From a virus (Duplodnaviria > Caudoviricetes), in IMG/VR virus record IMGVR_UViG_3300032226_000683, positions 4,568 to 68,567 of that record: DNA of 64,000 bases; one strand, written 5' to 3'. The position numbers were made by a program, and so were the translations under genes. The notes under the pieces are model-generated. The model saw only the letters and a program-made list of their open reading frames with translations, had not been told where the DNA came from and made no database searches. Positions 1 to 9,000 of the stretch are shown here, piece after piece. Every line of letters starts with the position of its first letter. Position 1 is the first letter of the stretch.

Positions 1-3000
1 TATTTGGTGTCCTTCAACATGGCTGCGGAACCGCGATATAACCTGATGGTGGATATTGCGGGGAGAAAATTTAAAACTTCGTTTGCCAAGCTTGATCCAG
101 TTTTTAAGAACTTAATAAACAGCCTTAATGGCCATGCCTTGGCAGAGATACTTGTCAGGCCATCGGCCAGCAACCCAAACCAGCCTTCAAAATTGTTTGT
201 ATATGTTGATTGCGCTGCGAATGTTTTTGCTTTTTCCGTCAAATTTTTAACGCTCTCTTCGTCTGGTCTACCCTGCTCGAGAATTTCTTCTACCCGTAAC
301 GATTGCTGTTCGGGCGTTAAATTAAATTCCTTAGCCTCCGAGGCGGCTTTGGCCTCCGCACGCTTTCTGGCTTCAGGACTTTGATTTAAAAGGCGGGCAA
401 CTTCTGTTTCAATCTCATCGTTTGTCTGGAGACCTTGCGCGATTGCAATGTTAGTAGCTTCCGCAATCTCGTACATTTTTCGGGAAGAAATTTTATTGAT
501 CGCGTCACCAGCCGCCATGGCTCGACCGAAGAAAATGAATGGGGCAAGAGCTCCATACTTACTGCTAAGATATTTAGAATCTAGCGGAATTCGGTACTCT
601 TCACCAAATACATTTACAGGAAGCTCGGGCTGAACAGCCCCCGGTTTACCCGCTCGGTAATCTTCCCCTTGTTTTACAATTGCTTCCCAGATATTAACTC
701 CACCCAGCTCTTGGGTCAAAGCATCTTGAATATTTGAATAATCCCCATTAAAGAATACATTTGCAGCCGCGTTTAATGCTGGCTTTTCCCCCACTAAAAT
801 AGATGAGTTAAGGGCTTTTGCAGCATCTATGTAGCCTTTAGCCCTTGCCTTGTCCCCGCGAACCCCTTTCATCGCACCAACTGCCGCAAGAAGTGCGGCG
901 TTGAGCTGATTGCTCATCGACGAAGACCAAGCATTGATACCGATCGTTCCGACTCCCGCCAGCAAGTTAGAGGTTTGATAGTTGACAAGCAACTCTCCCC
1001 ACACTTGGGGCGAGACCAGCTTTACATACTGATACATTTCAGAAATCTTTTTGTTTCGAATCATTCCGACCGGATAGAGGGGCAGGTCTTCAATTAACTT
1101 ATTGAGCTTCTTGCGTTCTTCCTCTCTCAACTCAGGCAACCCAAGTTGAGAATGCATCTGTGCGAAGACTTCGCTGTCGGTTAAAACTCCAAGGTTAGTC
1201 GCCTCGATTAATCTATCCAGAGCTGAACGCATCTTCCTGGTTTTACGTTCTTTCTTTGCTTCGAACCTTTTCTTAATTCTTTCGAGTTCTAGTTTACGCT
1301 CGTTGGAGATAAGCTCTGTTAATCCTTCTCGTAGGAAGTCGGTCACTTCTTTCTTCTGTGCTTCGTCAAGAGTTGTGTTCTGGGTGAGCAACGCGCCCAT
1401 TTTATTTTCAAAATCCATGATGTCACCCTTACTCGATCGTATGAGACCACGAACATTTGTTTGAGGTCCCCCGATTGATTCAAGGGATCGAACTGCCTGC
1501 TTCAAGCTCGAGACGGTAAAGGGGCGGCCAAAGGCTTCGTCGATGAAAGGCTCAAGTCCAGCGAGTTCTTCTTCGCTATAAACTTCTTTCAGGGAGTCAC
1601 GTACATTGTCAATAAACTCCATGACATCTGGGTACTTCTCAATTCTGTCACGAAGAACTTCGGCTTCGGTCGGCTTCGGCTCTGGGGTATAGGTAGGCTG
1701 AAGACCGCCCTGTTCTTTTGTTCTCTGCGCGATCAGCCTACGAATACGGGCAGCAAACTCCTCCAATTGATCCTTCTTCTTGGGTTCTTCCTGAAGGCGG
1801 GCCGCCTGCTTTTGCAAAGCTTCTGCTGAAGCCTCCGCCAAAGCTTCAAGTCTCGAAGTAGCTTCGGTGGGGATTGCGACGGGGGCTTGGTCTTTGGCTT
1901 TAGCCTTGGCGTCAATCACCCGACGAATTGCTTCACCGCGGGTTGCCGGGGGTTGAATGCCTTCACGGGCGCGGGCCTCACCAAGAGCTTGAGCTGAGAA
2001 AATTTCAAGAGCGTTAGTCAAAGCCGCGTCAAAATAAAGATCGAGTTTGCGTCGAACATTCTCTTGATTTTTTGCATCCCGCAGGGCTGGGGTGAGCATC
2101 AGCAAGCTTTTGATTTGATCCTCGGAAGCGGCTGTCACGCTAGGGTTTTCTGAACGTTGAATAATCTCAAGAATCATTCGGCTCAGTGCGCCAGTTTGTT
2201 CTGGGTTAAGTCGAATACCGTCAGCGTCACTTCCTTCAACCTCAGGGGCAGCGGCTAGATCTGCCCCAAGGAATGCCGATCCATCCGCCAGTGCCTGCTC
2301 ACTACCAACATATTCTGCTACTGCCGCTTCGAGTTCGGCAACAGTTGCTTGCTTCTTATTGAGCTCTACAAGTTTCGCAATCTTTTCAATGGTCGACTTT
2401 GTCTTTTTATCCGTCGTTAGTTTATCGACAGCTCTACGAGTTGAGTCAACAAGACCGGAGGATATCTCGCTCTCTTCTTCCGCAAAGCCTGTCAGCCTTC
2501 CTCGAATCGACGAATCAATTTGTCTGCTGATGTACATCTTCATGGCTTCTGGATTGTTGGAGAGTTCTCCTAACGCATTCCAGAGATCAACGGTACGCCC
2601 GGGTTCAGTGCCATACTTCCTGCTCAATAGGAGCATTACCTCTGCCAACTGTTCTCTGGCGTACAGGTCTGTCTTAGCTTTCGCGCCAAGAGCATTGGCT
2701 AACTCAAACCCAATCGCACCCTGCAACGGCAAAGAACTTTTGATGTTGCCGCTCAAGAAAGCATTAAGAGAATTCTGAACGCCGTTTGTTGCGATGTAAG
2801 ATTTAGCATCAGCAAATTGTTGTTCGCGTGGAATGGACTGATAGTACCAGGCATCTAGAAGCCTGTCCTTTATCTTGCCTTCGGGAAGAACGTCGACGAA
2901 CTGCGTGACGATATTCTTTATGGCTCGGCTCTCACGGATCTCGGGAGCTGGTATTGCCATTGGTGCACCAGCTCGAACCATTTTTACATTCGTTACTTGC

Positions 3001-6000
3001 CCGGAATCAGAGAGTTCGTAGGTAAATACAGGAAGAGCATTAGGTACGGCCGCCACGGCGTTGTTTATTGCTTCTTCTTGAGAAACACCCGGCGTGGCTT
3101 CATCGGAAGCCTTCGATAGTTCAACAGCCAAACGATTGATTACTTCTGCATTTGGTTTTGGCTGGGCTTTTGGGAGTGATAGAATTTGTTCGCCGCTCGG
3201 CAAATAATATTTTCCTTTAAACTCTTTGATTCGCATATCCCTAATCTGTCGTTCAATAGCCGCTGGGTTGCCTCGAATATCATCTCTAATCTGTGCGACT
3301 TTTATTCTATCGCCTAAATCAAGAGCGGTATACAGGTCCATCGCTATGCCCGAATCTTCTTTGGGTAGATTTGCAATGTCTTCCATTACGTCAGAGTACG
3401 AACGACGAGCTTCAGAACCTTCAAAATTTGCCACGTCTAGCATTGCAGCTATTGGCTGAGTAGCACTTCCTTCTGTCAATACTAAGTCGTTTTGATAGGA
3501 TTTTTTATCTAGAGGTAATTGATTCTTTGGGTAAACGAGAACGACTCCACCACCAAACGCTTGGCCATTAAAGTCTGGACTGAAATTTGTCTCTGGTCTA
3601 ATTCCGCCAAGTAAAGAAGTGATCTGGTCTAAGCTTGTTCCGTGATAGGCCAACTCATTATTTTTCTCTAGGTTCAAAAGATTAGATAATGAAACTTTTG
3701 TTTTCATTTCAGGGGCTGGCGCTGGAGCGATAACCTTGGAGAACTTGTTATATCCAGCATCGCGGAGAGCGGCAATCAAGGCGCCTGGGCTAGAATAGCG
3801 TTGGCCGTTGTAGTTAACTACTTCCTGGTTTTCAAACAATCGGATGACAGCATTAGCCGTAGCTTTTGCTTCCGAGGAAGCTGTGGTCGCAACAGCTATG
3901 TTGCCTGGAATCTTAACTCGATACTTCTGCTGAGTTGGTTGGACTTCAAAACTTTGTTCGTTGCTGGTTACTTCGGCCGGTGCAGAAGTTGCCACAAAAG
4001 CTGCGACGGGTAGTGATCTTCCAGCTTCTTCCATGTTCTCGGCCAGCTCAAGGGCTTTATTGGCGATCGCTGGGAGACTTGCCCGGCCTCCGTCCATCAC
4101 GGCTTGCGTTGCGGAACGGAAAAGATCTCGCTCGTCAGCTGTGATAATCCCGCGGCGCCGGCTAATATCCAGAGCGTCTAACCACTCCTCCACACCTACG
4201 GTCTTAAATAAATCATCGGCAACCGTTACCCCAAGCACGCCTTCAGTTCTACCTTCCAGATGATTCTCAATCATGCGGTAGATTCGAAGATCGTATGAGT
4301 CGAATACGGTCGCGGCACGGGGCGCAGTCGGTGAAGTTCCCGGAGCGGGGATGGGTCCGGCTGGAGCTTCTCCAGCTTGTACAAATTCTTTTGATGTTTT
4401 GCGAAGTGTGGAGATTGCGTCTTCGATGCTTTGACGCATCACTAAGCGATCCTTGGCATTCGGAGCCAACCCCAATCCACGCTTGACCACTGTAGCCATG
4501 CTGTCAAACCACACGCCAAGTCTGGCAAGAACAGATTTATTCTCCGACTTTAAAATATCCTTGAGACGTTGTGTTGCCCGGGCAATGTCGCTCGCATTTA
4601 CTGAGTTAACTTGTTCGGTGATGCCTCCAGTTAATTTTAGCTGGGATAGCTGGCGAATTCCTTCCATGGCAACAAAGAAGGAATCATTCGCAAGAGCTTT
4701 AATTTTTGCCTGTGTATCTGAATTTGTTATATCAGATCCCAGCGATGAGTAATATAATCTCCCAATAGCTAGTCTAGATGCTTGAGATAGTGAATCTCCG
4801 ATCGCCGTAAGTTCCTCTATAGGATCAAGGCCAAGCTCTCGGTAGTATCGTAAAGTCTCTATGTGGATAGTTTCTTCCAGCAATGCTTGGGTTATGTAGG
4901 ACTTATAAGCATCAGGAGATAGCTTGTTCTTTCCTTCTTCAAGCCGGGCGGGGTTGATTACTATAACGTCGGAATCATTATCTGATCCCACGACAACAGC
5001 CATTGGGTGTGTGAAGTTTGGATCAATCTTTACGTTATAGTTATGGGCTTGGCCCTTGGCATCTCGGAATGTGATTACATTATTGTTATAGTCTTTCCCA
5101 AGAGCTGATTTTAAAATCTCTTCTGTAGTAGAAACTTGTTCGGGAGTTGCTTCGACTGTTGACTTCACCGGAGCGACAACTTCAGCCTTCAGCCCTTCAA
5201 AGCCGGCGCCAGTAGTGGCATCTAGCAAGCGAAGTTTGGCACGCATCCGGTCGATGTTCTGTTGGTCGACTTCGGCTTTCGACTCCAAGAAAATAAGATT
5301 GGGTCGGCTGGCACTGTCAGTACGCCATACCCTATAGATGAGCTGAACGGCTTGGATCGCACTGACGGGTGGCGACATAATAATCATGTCGCGAGGCTTG
5401 TCGCCGAACTTATCGTCGAGCTCAATTCCGGTTCCGCCCATCTCCTTCGTGGCGATCAGAACATCAGCTGCGTTTTCATTGAAAGCCGCGAGTGCTTGTT
5501 CCTTAGTCTGGTCTGAACCAGTATACATCCTTGCAATTTTGAGATCTGGAGCAAGGCGGAGGATCGCTGCCTCTACCGCGGCTGAAGTTGGGTCAACCGT
5601 TTCCCCGCGGGCATTTGTTTCAGAAACAAATCCAACATAGATAACTGGCTTACGACCTTGGCGGATAGATTGGATGGCTCGTTTGGCCGCGGCATCAACT
5701 TTATACTCTTCCAACGCCCGCTTCTGCGCGGCTACTAGTTTGCGTAATGATGCGATATCGGTGTTCTGCGCACCACCATACATGTTTTTGATATCTTCCA
5801 GTTGCTTAATGATTGCAGAGTCCAACGGAACATCTTGGAACTCTACATTCACACCATCCAATTTGAGGGATCGGGAACGTAGGATTCCATTCTTTACGAG
5901 TCCATCGAGATACGCTTCGAGACGATCTTGCATCTCTGCTTCGGTAACTCCGGGCGATAATGTCCAGTAAGATTTCTTTCCACCCCGGAGGTATTGCTTC

Positions 6001-9000
6001 TCAAATCCAAGTCTTTTGATCAAGGCATCGGGAGACTCGGTGTCGAAGATACCAAGTCGTCCAAGCGAGAGAAGCTGATCGGGTGTCTCAAACGGAGTTC
6101 CAGAAGCCATCAGTACTCGACCGGCTTTCTGTGAAATCTCATTCATCAGGATCGACCAGGCACGGCTCTTACCTTCTTGGATTGCTTTATGCAGGTTTCG
6201 TCCGGAGTGCTGTTCGTCAAAAATAACAACTGTCTTTGCATCCACTAATGGAAGAATCTTTTCCAAGTACTGCGAGGTGTAAGTGGAGACGACAACTTTT
6301 CCTGGCACATTCTCAATCGGAAGACCGCGACCACTCTCACCCTTACCACCACGAGCCGCAATCGGAACGCCCATCAGTCCGGCATCTTTCTCAATCGAAC
6401 CGCCGATTGTGTTGAGATCCCAGTTCGGGGTAACGGCATCGGGAGCCGTCAAATAAAATACATTAAATCCTTTGTTGAGATAGTATTTGGCTGCCGCCAA
6501 CAACACTCGGGTCTTGCCAGTTCCAGGACCATTAGCCAAGTAAAAAGCTTTATGCTTGGAGCTTTCCATCGTGGTGATGGCCGCCGCCGCATCTTGCTTT
6601 TGCTCTGGAGATAAGAGGCTAGTGGTTTCCGATCCGATCGGATCTAGAACTTTCTCGCTGTAAGGTTTGCCTAGCTGGTTGCGGGATTCGACGAAGGACT
6701 TGGGGATGGGGACGCCACGAGCGCGTTCAGCTCCAGGTCTCCCGACTCCGGTTGCCCCACCTGCAACAGCTCGTCCCACTTCTTCCCGCTTAACGGGAAC
6801 GGTTTCTTGAGAAACTCGCTTTGTGGTGGCAGCACGTTTGGCTTCGATTTCCGCGAGTTTCTGGCGAGCTTCCTCACGTCGATCATCGGCTGTTTTGGCT
6901 TTTGGCTTGGGGGTTGGTTTAGTTGTTGGTTCTTCATATGTTCCTTCCTCGTTGGTGGTAATTCCGCTATCGGCCAGAATCTGGTCGTTGACCTTTAGCA
7001 GATTTGATCGGAAGGTGGCGGCAATATTGTTCTTTGCCGGTCCCTCTTCCATTGTTTGAGAAGCCAGATAAGGCTCCGCAAGTTTGTTTAATTTGTCGAC
7101 ATAGTCATCGGACTGAGCTTTTGAAATGTTTCCGTCATCGAGGGCAGTCTTAAGATTGCTGTCGACCGCTTCAGCCAGTTCAGTGATACCCTCAGGAGAA
7201 AGTTTAGACTCAACTACGGAATCCATATATCCTTCAAAAGCCCGAAGAATATTAACGGAGCGGGTACTTTGGGTTTGTTCGAGCAATGCTTTGGCGGAGG
7301 CAAGCTCTACGTCGTCAAAGAAATCATCGGCCTGTAGTTTTCGGAAGCGTTCGATTGCTGGCTGGATTTGTTTAGCAGTTAGACTTCCCTCTCGGACAAT
7401 TCCTTCTGGTTCCACGACCTCTCGAACTGGAAGAGTTCCAGCTTCCTGATTCTTGCGGTATTCAGCCTGTAACGCAGAAACAAACTTCTGCTGAACCGCC
7501 GGCTTCAATGCATTGATGTTGTCGACAGTAGTTCCAATCTTAGCGGCATCTTGGGCTGTAACTCCTTTACCGGAAGTCACGGAGTCAAACGCGAGTTTCT
7601 CGGCTTCAGTTCCTAGCGATTGCCTAAAAGGTGCTTGAAGATTCTGGGCAAGAATGGAAAGAGCTTCCTGCCTCTGGGCTGGCGAAGGAACGTCAGAAGG
7701 ATTGGCAACTTGGTTATCCACTTCTGTTGCATCAATCTGGTCGAGGGCTTCATTGATCGCTCCGGCGACGGCGGGATTGATTCCTTGTTCCTCGGCCAGC
7801 GTGTCAGCATCGACTGCATTAACACGAAGACCGGGAGTCTCAAGGCTAACGGCCGCGCCAAGACCAACTCCAGCGCGCATCCGAGGAACAGCCCTGCGGA
7901 TAAAGTCCCGAAGTCGGCTATTAAAAATTGTGCTTAAGGAGAGATTATTCTTGCCTTGTCTGAGTTCATATAAAAAGCTGTTGATGGTTGCGGCAGATAC
8001 TTCATCTGCAATATTATATTTTTGATATCCAGCTAGCGACTTGCTCTGCAAATAAGATCTCTTACGGTTTACGTAAGCCATAACGGTTTCTGCTGGGGTC
8101 ATTATGTTGCGACCGTTCTCGTCGATCGCACCAAGACTTTGGAGCAACTCGATTGTCGCGGGATTCTTTAAATTAAATACTGCGCCGAGAGCTTCCTTTG
8201 AATTCTCTCGAGGGTCTGGCTCTAGCTTTTGATACTTCTGGAAAGACTCGCTTTCGGGGTTGTTGATCGGAAGAACGATGTCGGGACGGGCTTCCAATTC
8301 GGGGGCCAGCTTTCCGGTTCTGGCTTCTTTCGTAGCTTCGTTTTCAAATTGCTGAACTAGTTTAGATACCGATTCTTCACCACGCACTAAACGAGCAGCC
8401 TGTCCCTCAACCTGCATTGCCTGAAGCCTTGCAAGCTGTTCCTGCATGGCGACGGCTTCATCTGCCGGAGCTTCCTTTATTTTATTTTCGAGAACATTGA
8501 TTTGATCTTGAAGTCTTTTCGCATTGATCTCTGCTGGTTTCTCTTGCTCAATCAGCTCTTGGCTTTTAGCCAGTTGGCTTTCCAAGGCGACTTCATAATC
8601 GGTTGGGCCGAGATATTTTCTAGCAACTTCTTCGATGGCATCGTCTGTTCCGGCTTTCTCCAACTCGGAATTCATTTGGTCAATCTCGTCGGTCTCAAGA
8701 CCAATCTCTTCCGCACGCAGAATAAACTGATCTTTTAACTCTTGCTTAAATTCAATCGCAGGAATCCCGTTCATCCAATTGCCAGCGTCAGTTTTTACAT
8801 TCGTTACAGAATAGGTTTTTCCGTCTTCGGACAATTCACCAATTACGCGACCCTGACTCTCAAGCCATTGAATCTTCGAAGCATTCTCTGGTGTATTAGA
8901 AAGGTTAATGGTCGTGGCACCTTTCTCAAAAACACCAATCAACTCATTGAGTGCTGAAAGCTTTTCCTCTTCGGTTTCAGGAGCTCTGGTTTCAATCGTT

